DNA from: an uncultured Pelagibacteraceae bacterium
Lineage (GTDB): Bacteria; Pseudomonadota; Alphaproteobacteria; Pelagibacterales; Pelagibacteraceae
Reading direction: 5' to 3'
Assembly: GCA_902567235.1 (NCBI GenBank)
Contig: CACFLX010000007.1
Span: 8,754 to 72,753, forward strand
DNA: 64,000 bases
Shown: one piece after another, positions 1 to 9,426 of the stretch
How the letters are laid out: the number at the start of each line of letters is the position of its first letter
Numbering within the stretch: position 1 is the stretch's first letter
Made by a program: the position numbers and the translations under genes
Notes under the pieces: model-generated
Databases searched by the model: none
Seen by the model: only the letters and a program-made list of their open reading frames with translations
Told to the model about the DNA's origin: nothing

Positions 1-296
1 ATTGCATTATGAAACCAGCTGGTGAGTGTGCAAATCCAAAACAGACTGCTTGGACAAAGTCAGAAGTAAATTCACTTATTACTAAAAGCTTCGTGGATAA
101 TGGTGGAAAAGAAGCTGTAGCATATGTTGAAAAACGTACTTATCCTGGTGATATTATGAACGGAATGCTTGTATACATGGCAGACAATCAAGCTAAAGGT
201 TCAGATGCAGCAGTTGAGTTTTTGAAAAAGCATGAAGACTTATGGGGTAAATGGGTATCTTCATCAGCTAAGAAAAAAATCAAAGCTGGTCTTTAG
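1..296 (+). CDS. Glycine betaine/proline-type ABC transporter substrate-binding protein, C-terminal part (5'-truncated by window edge)
   Basis: Frame is open back to the window start (..TGC ATT ATG). C-terminus 'AAVEFLKKHEDLWGKWVS' is typical of ProX/OpuAC-type proteins. A ProW-type permease follows. Confidence 0.75.
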   Translation, partial: CIMKPAGECANPKQTAWTKSEVNSLITKSFVDNGGKEAVAYVEKRTYPGDIMNGMLVYMADNQAKGSDAAVEFLKKHEDLWGKWVSSSAKKKIKAGL

Positions 297-308
297 TATA
301 TAAATTAT

Positions 309-346
309 TTAACGAGTCTATTAAAAAATAGGCTCGTTAATTTTTT
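309..346 (+). terminator. Stem-loop between substrate-binding protein and permease genes (terminator/mRNA-stabilising hairpin)
   Basis: ttaacgagtctatt (309-322) pairs with aataggctcgttaa (327-340) with one G-U pair, followed by tttttt. Confidence 0.7.
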
Positions 347-355
347 AGGAATTTA

Positions 356-1240
356 ATGGAATTTTTTACTAAGTTTCCTGTTATGGAACGTTCGGCGCTT
401 GCTGAATTTAGAAAAAGTATCGATTTCGCTTTTAGAGATTTTTCCAGAGCATATGGTGATGGTATAGAATCATTTTTTGATCCATTATTATATTTTTTAG
501 TCTGGTTAGAAAAATTGATGATGAATTCTCCATGGCCAATAATCATAGGTATAATTTGTGGTTTGGCCTGGGTGGCATCAAAAAGTTGGAAACTTGTTTT
601 AGGTGCAGCAATATCTTTCTTTTTAATAGGTTACTTTGGAATGTGGAAAGATTGCATGGCTACAGTCGCAATCATAACCGTATGTGTAATAATATGTATG
701 ACTATTGGAATTCCAATGGGTGTTATAATGGCTCGTTCTAATAGGGCTGAAAGAACAATATTACCCATTTTAGATATGATGCAAACAATTCCAAGTTTCG
801 TTTATTTAATTCCAATACTTATGTTACTTGGTATTGGTAAAGTTCCTGGTTTAATAGCTATTTGTATATATGCAGTTCCGCCCATAATAAGGTTAACAAA
901 CTTAGGTATAAGAGAAGTAGATAAAGAAACAATAGAAGCAAGCGAAGCTTTTGGTGCAACAAAATTACAAAAATTAAGAACCGTACAAATTCCATTGGCT
1001 CTTCCAACTGTATTTGCTGGTGTTAATCAAACAATTATGATGGCTTTAGCAATGGTTGTTATTGCCTCTATGATTGGGGTAAAAGGTTTAGGAGTGCCTA
1101 TTTTAAGAGCTGTTTTAAACCAATATCTGGCTTTAGGATTGTTTAACGGTTTAGCGATAGTAGCTTTAGCAATAATATTTGATAGGGCTGCTCAAGAATA
1201 TGGTCGAAGAATACAAAAGCATAGAGGAATAAAAAGATAA
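356..1240 (+). CDS. Glycine betaine/proline ABC transporter permease (ProW/OpuAB family)
   Basis: 'PILDMMQTIPSFVYLIP' and EAA loop 'IEASEAFGATKLQKLRTVQIPLALP', then 'GVNQTIMMALAMVVIASMIG'. Confidence 0.9.
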   Translation: MEFFTKFPVMERSALAEFRKSIDFAFRDFSRAYGDGIESFFDPLLYFLVWLEKLMMNSPWPIIIGIICGLAWVASKSWKLVLGAAISFFLIGYFGMWKDCMATVAIITVCVIICMTIGIPMGVIMARSNRAERTILPILDMMQTIPSFVYLIPILMLLGIGKVPGLIAICIYAVPPIIRLTNLGIREVDKETIEASEAFGATKLQKLRTVQIPLALPTVFAGVNQTIMMALAMVVIASMIGVKGLGVPILRAVLNQYLALGLFNGLAIVALAIIFDRAAQEYGRRIQKHRGIKR

Positions 1241-1303
1241 CCTGAACAATTTGTCTCTTAGATTTTTATAGACAGTCTTTTTAAAATAAATAAATATCCC
1301 TAG

Positions 1304-2032
1304 ATGAATTTTTCTTTAGAAATTGGGCCTAAAACTGATCTAGATACTTTGCCAGCATTAAAGGATGTATACGTAACTATGCTACCTGGTGGTGATTATA
1401 AAGAAACTTCAGAACAGGCTGCTAAATTAGTCAAAAAAGGGTTCAATCCAATACCCCATTTTCCTGCTAGATCTATTGAAAATGAAGCACAACTAAAAGA
1501 TTTTGTTAATAGATGTAAAAATGAGGGGGTAAAGCAAGCATTAGTTATAGGCGGCAGTAGAGATCCTATTGGAAAATTCGACAGCTCAATTCAGCTTTTG
1601 GAGACAGGATATTTTGAAAAGATGAAGATAGGAATCGCTGGACATCCAGAGGGGAGTCCTGATATATCCGATTCAAAATTAGAAGAAGCTATGAAAGATA
1701 AAAAGCCTTATGCGGACTATATAGTGACTCAATGGTTATTAGATCCTCAATTAATTGTAGACTTTATTTCTAAACAAACAGTACCAGTTCATGTTGGAAT
1801 TACTGGACCACTAAAAATCACTAGCTTAATTAAGTTTGCTAATATTGTAGGTGCAAAAAATTCCATAAACTTTCTTAAATCTAATTTTAGTAAGGCGTTA
1901 GATTTATTGAAACCTAAAGACCCAAATGACTTAATTGGGAAAGTTAAATCGCATACTGATTTCTTCCACATTTATACATTCGGCGGCTTGAAGGAAACTA
2001 ACAAGTGGTTGATGGAGAACAAATATGTCTAA
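1304..2032 (+). CDS. metF: Methylenetetrahydrofolate reductase-like protein (short form)
   Basis: 'FSLEI', 'PIPHFPAR', 'IGIAGHPEG', 'YIVTQW', 'FHIYTFGG' match the MTHFR TIM-barrel family. Overlaps the next gene. Confidence 0.8.
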   Translation: MNFSLEIGPKTDLDTLPALKDVYVTMLPGGDYKETSEQAAKLVKKGFNPIPHFPARSIENEAQLKDFVNRCKNEGVKQALVIGGSRDPIGKFDSSIQLLETGYFEKMKIGIAGHPEGSPDISDSKLEEAMKDKKPYADYIVTQWLLDPQLIVDFISKQTVPVHVGITGPLKITSLIKFANIVGAKNSINFLKSNFSKALDLLKPKDPNDLIGKVKSHTDFFHIYTFGGLKETNKWLMENKYV

Positions 2033-3383
2033 TGAATTTGACTATACAAAACTAAAACATGTAACTTCAGTAGATCAAACTGATCGAGAAGTTCCATATA
2101 ATTTAAGACAGAGTGGACCTACGAAAGTTGAAATGTTAATTTCAACGAGAGTAAGAAAATCTCCTTATTGGCATTTATCAATGCAAGCAGGTTGTTGGAG
2201 AGCAACTGTTTATAATCGTATTTACCATCCAAGAGGTTATGTTAAACCTGAAGATGGTGGAGCAATGGTGGAATATGATGCGATTGTTAATCATGTTACA
2301 ATGTGGAACGTAGCTGTTGAAAGACAAATAAGAGTTAAAGGTCCAGACGCAGAGAAATTTACTGACTATGTAATAACAAGAGATGCAACCAAAATCTCAC
2401 CAATGAGAGCAAGGTATGTAATTTTATGTAATGCTTATGGTGGGGTTTTAAATGATCCAATTCTTCTTAGAATTTCAAAAGATGAATTTTGGTTTTCATT
2501 ATCAGACTCTGATATTGGAATGTATCTTCAAGGTGTTAATCATGACGGAAGATTTAATTGTACAGTTGAAGAAATTGATGCCTGTCCTGTGCAAATTCAA
2601 GGTCCAAAATCTAAGGCTTTGATGAAAGATTTACTTGGTGATCAAGTTGATCTGGATAACATGCCTTTTTATGGTTTAGCTGAAGTTAAAGTCGCTGGAA
2701 AAAGTTGTGTAATTTCACAATCTGGTTTCTCAGGAGAAGCGGGGTATGAAATATATTTAAGAAATGCAACATTGTATGCTGATGATATGTGGAATGCTGT
2801 TCTTGAAGCTGGAAAAAAACATAATTTAATGGTTATTGCTCCTGCTCATCATAGAAGAATACAAGCAGGTATTCTTTCATGGGGACAAGACATGGATCAA
2901 CAACATAATCCTTTTCAGTGTAACCTTGGTTATCAAGTTTCATTGTCAGGCAAAGGAGAATGGAATAAGAAAACTGACTATGTCGGTAAAGTAGCTTTAG
3001 AAAAAATGGGTGCTGAAATTAAAGCAGGAAAAAAACCTTACAAGCTTCAATTAGTTGGACTTGAATTAGGAGGTAAACCTATCGAGGAATATGCACCTGA
3101 TTTTTGGTTAATTTCAAATGCTGATGGCGGAGATCCAGTAGGATTTATTACGTCACCATGGTATCACCCTGAAAAAAAACAAAATATTGCAATGGGATAT
3201 GTTCCTTTTGATGGAACTTTAAATGCCAACGGTTTTCCAAAAGGTAAGGTGGGAACAAAATATAAAGTTCATTTACCTGCCAAATATTCAGATACACCTG
3301 GAACACCTGTTGATGCTGTTGTGGTTGATATACCTTTTAAACAGTCTTTTAACGCTAATACAAGAGAAGTAGTTAAAGGTTAA
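2025..3383 (+). CDS. GcvT/DmdA-family THF-dependent aminomethyl/methyltransferase
   Basis: 'RVRKSPY', 'GPDAEKFTDY', 'GGVLNDPIL', 'IQGPKS', 'SGFSGEAGYEIY', 'RRIQAG', 'GFITSPWY'. Confidence 0.85.
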   Translation: MSNEFDYTKLKHVTSVDQTDREVPYNLRQSGPTKVEMLISTRVRKSPYWHLSMQAGCWRATVYNRIYHPRGYVKPEDGGAMVEYDAIVNHVTMWNVAVERQIRVKGPDAEKFTDYVITRDATKISPMRARYVILCNAYGGVLNDPILLRISKDEFWFSLSDSDIGMYLQGVNHDGRFNCTVEEIDACPVQIQGPKSKALMKDLLGDQVDLDNMPFYGLAEVKVAGKSCVISQSGFSGEAGYEIYLRNATLYADDMWNAVLEAGKKHNLMVIAPAHHRRIQAGILSWGQDMDQQHNPFQCNLGYQVSLSGKGEWNKKTDYVGKVALEKMGAEIKAGKKPYKLQLVGLELGGKPIEEYAPDFWLISNADGGDPVGFITSPWYHPEKKQNIAMGYVPFDGTLNANGFPKGKVGTKYKVHLPAKYSDTPGTPVDAVVVDIPFKQSFNANTREVVKG

Positions 3384-3389
3384 AATATT

Positions 3390-3418
3390 TTTTAGGGGAG
3401 TGAGATACTCCCCTAAAA
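3390..3418. terminator. Rho-independent terminator-like hairpin after the GcvT-like gene
   Basis: Perfect 12-bp stem ttttaggggagt / actcccctaaaa with a 5-nt loop. Confidence 0.75.
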
Positions 3419-3425
3419 CAAATTG

Positions 3426-3992
3426 ATGTCCGAATTTATAAAAATCATAATTCAAATTTTAAGAATTGATAAAAAATTTTTCAATAATCAAAAAAATTTT
3501 GGAGAAGCTTCGATATACTTCGCTATATTAATAATATTAGTTAGCTCACTAATAAGTTTAATACCTAATACTGCATTTATTGAATATATGAGTTTAAAAT
3601 TTAGTCTAGGAAAAGTTGAAGGGCCATCTTTAAGATCTGTAATTATAATATCTTATAGTATGTGGATTATTAAAGCAGCTTATTTATATTTTGTTGGAGT
3701 AGTAATGTTTCCAAATAATAATACAAAATGTAATTTTAGAAAAATATTAATTCTTGTAGGCTATTCTCACATTCCAATGTTTTTAAATGCATTGACTATT
3801 AACTACTCTCTTTTGTTTTTGTTAATAATTACTTATATTTGGTATAATATTTCATTAATAGTTGGATTAAATATTATCTTAAATTATAAAAATATAACTA
3901 AATCAATTTTAATTGTAACTGCACCATTTATAATTTTATTTATTTACTTATTATCTACGTTTGGGCAAGGCCAAGTGAGCGTAATAAGCTAA
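3426..3992 (+). CDS. Integral membrane protein, possibly Yip1-like
   Basis: About five hydrophobic segments and a 'FRKILILVGYSHIP' pattern reminiscent of Yip1. ATG at 3426. Confidence 0.5.
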   Translation: MSEFIKIIIQILRIDKKFFNNQKNFGEASIYFAILIILVSSLISLIPNTAFIEYMSLKFSLGKVEGPSLRSVIIISYSMWIIKAAYLYFVGVVMFPNNNTKCNFRKILILVGYSHIPMFLNALTINYSLLFLLIITYIWYNISLIVGLNIILNYKNITKSILIVTAPFIILFIYLLSTFGQGQVSVIS

Positions 3993-4150
3993 ATTGGAAA
4001 CAAAGTTTTTGATGTTCTGCATGACTTGCAAAGTTTATATCCAGTAAGAATTAAATTTTCAGTTACACTCTTATCTTCTTTTTTACATTCTTCACAAATG
4101 TCGTCTAATTCTTTTTCTATTATTTTATCTTTATTAATATCTTTAATCAT
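3989..4150 (-). CDS. Unannotated 53-aa protein with two CxxC pairs (putative zinc ribbon)
   Basis: Hand translation: MIKDINKDKIIEKELDDICEECKKEDKSVTENLILTGYKLCKSCRTSKTLFPI*. Its ATG overlaps the end of the upstream gene (ATGATTAA) and it fills the gap exactly. Confidence 0.65.
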   Translation of the reverse strand: MIKDINKDKIIEKELDDICEECKKEDKSVTENLILTGYKLCKSCRTSKTLFPI

Positions 4151-4754
4151 TATCAGTTAATCCAGCACCTGCTGCACCAATTTTTAATGATTCTGTTTCT
4201 TCAACAAAAGTATCTTCAGATAATTTATAAAGCTCTTTCCATTCATTTTCATTAAATGAGTTACTATTTTCTATAAAGCTAACATCTATTGTATTGCAAA
4301 CTTCTAAAATTTCATTTTTTAAATAATTTGAGTAAATTGATTGGTTGAGATTAAATAAAAATTCTTTTTCCTCAATTTTTAAAAAAATCCTTTTTCCTAT
4401 TATTTCTGATGCTCTACTAACAAAGGGTAAAAATAATATTGGAAATGCGACATTTGTTATTTTTATATTAATTTTTTTATCTAATAATTTTACCTGATCA
4501 ATAAAGTTAGTTCCTAGTATAATTGGACAAAAAGGATGTTTATTGGCATTATTTGACTGAGAAATTAATGTAATTTTATGAAATTGTTTTTCTTTATAGT
4601 CTTTTAAAAACTTATTTAAATTTTTTACTCCAGGCAAACCAAACAACTCTAATAATCTCATATTCTTTCCCACTTCTTCAGCAATACCCCATGAAAAACC
4701 AACACCTCTGGTTGCTCTTTTTGAGGTTGTATCTATTTCACTTAAAGTTTTCAT
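4143..4754 (-). CDS. DUF3726-like protein
   Basis: N-terminus 'LSEIDTTSKRATRGVGFSWGIAEE' and C-terminus 'GAAGAGLTDND' recall DUF3726. Confidence 0.75.
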   Translation of the reverse strand: MKTLSEIDTTSKRATRGVGFSWGIAEEVGKNMRLLELFGLPGVKNLNKFLKDYKEKQFHKITLISQSNNANKHPFCPIILGTNFIDQVKLLDKKINIKITNVAFPILFLPFVSRASEIIGKRIFLKIEEKEFLFNLNQSIYSNYLKNEILEVCNTIDVSFIENSNSFNENEWKELYKLSEDTFVEETESLKIGAAGAGLTDND

Positions 4755-6412
4755 TAGTTTAAAGAATTATAAACCCAATAGTCATTGAATTTTTTTAATT
4801 CGCTAGGTAGTGGCGCTCCTTGAAACATACATATTCTTAGCCACTTGTCAGATTTTGGATCAAATTTAACTGCTCCAAAAAAAGATAATTTTAATCTTAA
4901 CATATCTATAGGCATCAAATTAGACCCGATTGTATTATCTTGAATCTCAGAGTAAGGAAATTTTTCTGATATAAATGCTCTTCTAACCACGTGCCTAAGA
5001 TCATTATTTTCTATTAAAAATCTGCCAATGGTTAAACTATTTTTTTGGTTTGATATTCTTTCATATAAATTTTTTATATCCCTTGCAATTGCTAGGGGTT
5101 GTTCTAAATCTGATCCTTGCTCATTATATCTTTTTGCAAGCCTTGGTTCTTCTTTATTTTTTGAAATAAACCAAAAGTTCTCATTACTTTCTTTTTTGCT
5201 AAAATCTATTTTTAAAATATCTGAATATTTTTCTTCTAATATATTTCTTAAATCTAATACAGTTCTTTCACCAGGAATGTTAAAAAATTTTTCTTCATCA
5301 GAACTCATTTCTTGAACTAACGGGTTAATTATAGAATCATATGGTTCTAGCATCATAGAAACAATATACTCAGAGCATTCTAAATCCAAATTTTCCTCTA
5401 CCCATAAATATAATTTGTTAAAACTAAAATCGTCTTGAAAACTAAAAGAGTCAATATAAACTAACAGTTTATTTAAGTCTGTTATTAATTGTTTTATTTT
5501 ATTTTTTTGAAATTCATTATCTGTATTCCAAGAAGTTATATTTTTTATTGATTTTTTTAAACATTGAACAAAAATATCAAAATCTTCTTTTTGTACATTT
5601 TTTAATTCTCTAACTTTTTTTAAAGCTTTCTCTCTTGCAAGTATCCAATTATTTAGAAGTGTTGGATGATTTACAATAAAAGGTGCCATACCTAGACCTG
5701 TAGAATTTCCAATTCCCAAATTCCTACAAATTTCTTTATCCAATTTAACAAAATTTTTTGGATTTTTATGATTTGCAATATGATTAACTTGATCGAAAGT
5801 AAATTGTCTAACCATATAAACTAGCATCATTTCCAATCTGAATGGTCCACAAATTTCTTCTCTATTTTTTATTCTAAATCTATCAGCTAGACCAAATTTT
5901 CCTGATCCATAAACAGCTGTAGTTCTATATAAGTAACCAACTTTTGATAGAAAATCTTTATCAGGTTGTCTCCCATTTGAAAGATTATCTACAACGTGAT
6001 TAAAAGCTCTAACCGATTTATTTGCTCTTGAAAGAGTTAATTCTTTATATGAAAGTCTACCAACTTCTTGTTTTGGTACGTTTAGCTCTAATCTTTCAAT
6101 ATCTTTTTTTGAAGGTATACCATCGTGCAGTACAAAAGCTGCATCCCATTTTGTTGCTATTACTCTATCTGATCTTTCTTGGTCACTTATTTTATTTGCA
6201 AAACAAACTAAGGAATAGGTTCTACTTTTTTTTGAAAACGAATAAACTGCTCTTCCATATCCATTTTCGTCTAAATCAAAAAGATTTCTATTATATTCCC
6301 AGTCTTTAAATTCTTTTAAAAATGATCTTAAAAATGATAATTTTGATTGATGAAAAGATCCAAGTCTTGATAATTTCATAATAACTTTTGGATCTCTTAA
6401 TTCTACTTGCAT
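4754..6412 (-). CDS. Conserved hypothetical protein (552 aa)
   Basis: Long ORF coupled to both neighbours, with conserved-looking blocks 'RSDRVIATKWD', 'GYLYRTTAVYGSGKFG', 'GIGNSTGLGMAPF', 'FFGAVKFDPKSDKWLRI'. No family recognised. Confidence 0.8.
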   Translation of the reverse strand: MQVELRDPKVIMKLSRLGSFHQSKLSFLRSFLKEFKDWEYNRNLFDLDENGYGRAVYSFSKKSRTYSLVCFANKISDQERSDRVIATKWDAAFVLHDGIPSKKDIERLELNVPKQEVGRLSYKELTLSRANKSVRAFNHVVDNLSNGRQPDKDFLSKVGYLYRTTAVYGSGKFGLADRFRIKNREEICGPFRLEMMLVYMVRQFTFDQVNHIANHKNPKNFVKLDKEICRNLGIGNSTGLGMAPFIVNHPTLLNNWILAREKALKKVRELKNVQKEDFDIFVQCLKKSIKNITSWNTDNEFQKNKIKQLITDLNKLLVYIDSFSFQDDFSFNKLYLWVEENLDLECSEYIVSMMLEPYDSIINPLVQEMSSDEEKFFNIPGERTVLDLRNILEEKYSDILKIDFSKKESNENFWFISKNKEEPRLAKRYNEQGSDLEQPLAIARDIKNLYERISNQKNSLTIGRFLIENNDLRHVVRRAFISEKFPYSEIQDNTIGSNLMPIDMLRLKLSFFGAVKFDPKSDKWLRICMFQGAPLPSELKKFNDYWVYNSLN

Positions 6413-6414
6413 TT

Positions 6415-7380
6415 TTAAATATTTTTATAAAAATTATACCAATTGTTTCCTAAAATTCCTTCTACTTCTTCTTGGTTAAATCCAGTTTTTTTTAATCCAC
6501 TTTCTAAATTTTTAAATCCTCTTGCATCTTCAAACCATACAGGCTGTTTTGGAAAACCAGGTTTATTTTTTGATCCTTCACCATAATTTTTTGATTTTGT
6601 CCAAGTACCATTTCTCATCCATTCAACAACTTTATCAGGTTGCTTTAAACATAAATCTGAACCTATGCCTATATTTTTTACTCCTATCATTTCAGCAGTC
6701 TTTGCTATCATTTCACAAAAGTTTTCTAAATTACAATTTGTTCCATCTTTAAGATGATGAGGATACAACGAAAGCCCAATTATTCCCCCACTTTTTGCTA
6801 AAGTTTTTAATAAATCATTAGATTTATTTCTTATTGCTTTATGCCAAAATAATGGATTGGCATGAGTTATTGCAATTGGTTTTTCACTTATCTCTATTGC
6901 ATCAAATGTACTTTTTTCCGCAGAATGGGACATATCAATTACAATGCCAACTCTATTCATTTCTTTAATAACTTCTTTTCCAAAATTTGTAACTCCACTA
7001 TCAATTTTTTCATAACATCCTGTGGCTAGAAGAGATTGGTTGTTATAAGTAAGCTGCATAAATTTACATCCTAGATGATGTACTTTTTCAATTAAGTTTA
7101 TGTCATCTTCGATTGGCGAGCAGTTTTGAAAGCCAAAAAATATAGCAGTTTTTTTTTGTTCTTTAGCTTTTTCTATATCTTTATAACTTTTACCATGAAA
7201 AATTAAATCAGAATTATCTTTAAAATGTATATTCCATTCATCTACTCTTTTTAATAATTCATCGTAATCTTCATGATAAACTATAGTAACGTGAACAGCA
7301 TCTAATTCTGCTTCTCTGTTAATTTCAAAAATTTCTCTAGACCAATTACAATATTGTAAATTATCGATTTTATAATTCAT
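6415..7380 (-). CDS. Membrane dipeptidase (peptidase M19/amidohydrolase family)
   Basis: 'QLTYN', 'EMNRVGIVIDMSH', 'ITHAN', 'RNKS', 'IGIGSD'. Confidence 0.85.
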   Translation of the reverse strand: MNYKIDNLQYCNWSREIFEINREAELDAVHVTIVYHEDYDELLKRVDEWNIHFKDNSDLIFHGKSYKDIEKAKEQKKTAIFFGFQNCSPIEDDINLIEKVHHLGCKFMQLTYNNQSLLATGCYEKIDSGVTNFGKEVIKEMNRVGIVIDMSHSAEKSTFDAIEISEKPIAITHANPLFWHKAIRNKSNDLLKTLAKSGGIIGLSLYPHHLKDGTNCNLENFCEMIAKTAEMIGVKNIGIGSDLCLKQPDKVVEWMRNGTWTKSKNYGEGSKNKPGFPKQPVWFEDARGFKNLESGLKKTGFNQEEVEGILGNNWYNFYKNI

Positions 7381-7393
7381 TTTAATTTTAAGA

Positions 7394-7780
7394 TTAGATA
7401 CCTTTTTTTATAAGATTATATATATCTCTTTCATTATACAATCCTATCTCGCGAGCTAATTCTTTATTATCCTTATAAACAACAATAGTTGTCCAATAAT
7501 CAATATTTAATAGTTCCGCAATGTCTTTATTTTTAGTTTGTTCAAAATTCATAAAAATAATGTTTTCAAAGTCTTTTTTTGCTTTTTCCAGTATTGGTTT
7601 CTGTTTTGCACATGTCCCGCAAGATTTATTCCAGGAATGAATGACAACTATTTTTCCATTATTTTGTGCAATTTTAAATTTTTCGATGTTAAAATTTGCC
7701 TCATACTCACCGGCAAAAGAAGTTGTGGAAATTAACAGTATAAAAAAAGCCAATATTTTCATTATAATTCTAAATAACAT
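7394..7780 (-). CDS. Exported thioredoxin-family protein
   Basis: Signal-peptide-like N-terminus and 'WNKSCGTC' CxxC motif. Confidence 0.75.
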   Translation of the reverse strand: MLFRIIMKILAFFILLISTTSFAGEYEANFNIEKFKIAQNNGKIVVIHSWNKSCGTCAKQKPILEKAKKDFENIIFMNFEQTKNKDIAELLNIDYWTTIVVYKDNKELAREIGLYNERDIYNLIKKGI

Positions 7781-7872
7781 ATTTTTATTTTATTTTCACT
7801 TACATTACTAATTTTATTGAAAAAGTTAATTTAATTTGAAATAAGTTAAAGACTGTTCATTTATTAAGTCTT

Positions 7873-8364
7873 ATGCAATCAAAAAAAATACATAAAGTTT
7901 CTATTGTTATGGGAAGCCAATCGGATTTTAAAACAATGAAACTTTGTCAAAAAGTGTTTAAAATTTTAAAAGTAAAATTTGAAACAAAGATTATATCTGC
8001 CCACAGAACGCCTAAACGTATGTATGATTTTGCAAAACAAGCAGAAAAAAATAAGATTTCAGTAATTATAGCTGGCGCAGGAGGTTCAGCTCATTTGCCG
8101 GGGATGATTGCTTCAATTACGATAATACCAGTTATTGGCGTTCCGATTGAAAGTAAAAAATTAAAAGGTTTAGATAGTTTGTTATCTATTGCACAAATGC
8201 CTAAAGGAATCCCTGTTGGTACTGTTGCGATTGGAGAAGATGGTGCAATTAATGCTGCATTATTAGCGGCATCTATAATTTCTTTGAACGATGAAAAATT
8301 AAAAAAAAATCTAAATAAGTGGCGTATCAAACAAAGTTCTTCAGTAAAAAAAAAACCGAAATAA
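7873..8364 (+). CDS. purE: N5-carboxyaminoimidazole ribonucleotide mutase
   Basis: 'IVMGSQSD', 'SAHRTP', 'AGAGGSAHLPGM', 'QMPKGIPVGTV'. Confidence 0.97.
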   Translation: MQSKKIHKVSIVMGSQSDFKTMKLCQKVFKILKVKFETKIISAHRTPKRMYDFAKQAEKNKISVIIAGAGGSAHLPGMIASITIIPVIGVPIESKKLKGLDSLLSIAQMPKGIPVGTVAIGEDGAINAALLAASIISLNDEKLKKNLNKWRIKQSSSVKKKPK

Positions 8365-8369
8365 ATTAA

Positions 8370-9416
8370 ATGTCAAAACCTACTATTGGAATAATTGGCG
8401 GTGGACAACTAGGAAGTATGCTTTCTACAGCTGCTAAAAATTTAAATTTAAAAACTATAATTATTTCTGATGATGAACATGCGCCTGCACAATTTTTTGC
8501 AGATGAGTTTATTTTTTGTAACTATAATGACGAATTAAAAATTGATGAATTTTCTAATAAAATAGATTTTGTAACTTATGAATTTGAAAATATTCCGTAC
8601 GAAACTTTATGTAAAATAGATAATATAAAAAAAGTAAATCCTAGGCCTTCTATAAATAAAATTATTCAAAATAGACTTAGTGAAAAGGATTTTTTAAATA
8701 AAAATAATATTAAAACTACTTCCTATATTTCTGTCAAAAATGAAAGTGAGCTAAAGTCTAGTCAAGATTTTATCCCGGGTATACTTAAAACTTGTACGCT
8801 AGGTTATGATGGAAAGGGTCAATATAAAATTAATAATGAAGAAGAATTAGATAATTTAAAAGTTAATTTTGAAAATCATTACATATTAGAAAAATTAGTT
8901 AAGCTTAAAAAAGAAATTTCAGTAATAATTACAAGATTTGGAAAACAAAAATATGAAGTGTATGATCCAATAGAAAATGTTCATGAAGATCAATTATTAA
9001 AGTATTCAAAAATACCAGCTGAGGTTAACGAAGTCTTGTTTGATAAATCCAAAGAATGGGCAAAGTATATTGCGGAAGAACTTGATTATATAGGAACTAT
9101 GTGTGTTGAATATTTTATTGATAAAAATGACAATTTATTTGTAAACGAAATTGCTCCAAGAGTTCATAATTCAGGACATCTTACAATAAATGCATATAAC
9201 GTTAGTCAATTTGAAAATCATATAAGAGCAGTATGTGGGCTAGATAAGGTTGAAACTAAAAAATTACATAATGCCAAAATGATTAATTTGATTGGTGAAG
9301 ATATATTGGTTTATAGAAAAAAAATTTTTAAGGATAATGAATTTTTCTTTGATTATAAGAAGAATACTGTAAAAAAAAAAAGAAAAATGGGCCATTTAAC
9401 AATAATCGAAAAGTAA
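8370..9416 (+). CDS. purK: N5-carboxyaminoimidazole ribonucleotide synthase
   Basis: 'GGGQLG', 'TYEFEN', 'GYDGKGQ', 'NEIAPRVHNSGH', 'RKMGH'. Confidence 0.97.
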   Translation: MSKPTIGIIGGGQLGSMLSTAAKNLNLKTIIISDDEHAPAQFFADEFIFCNYNDELKIDEFSNKIDFVTYEFENIPYETLCKIDNIKKVNPRPSINKIIQNRLSEKDFLNKNNIKTTSYISVKNESELKSSQDFIPGILKTCTLGYDGKGQYKINNEEELDNLKVNFENHYILEKLVKLKKEISVIITRFGKQKYEVYDPIENVHEDQLLKYSKIPAEVNEVLFDKSKEWAKYIAEELDYIGTMCVEYFIDKNDNLFVNEIAPRVHNSGHLTINAYNVSQFENHIRAVCGLDKVETKKLHNAKMINLIGEDILVYRKKIFKDNEFFFDYKKNTVKKKRKMGHLTIIEK

Positions 9417-9426
9417 AATAATCCTA

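Noticed and set aside
2025-3383. Calling this gcvT or dmdA
   Set aside because: No gcvH/gcvP nearby, and it is longer than and divergent from DmdA as I recall it. Left as family-level.
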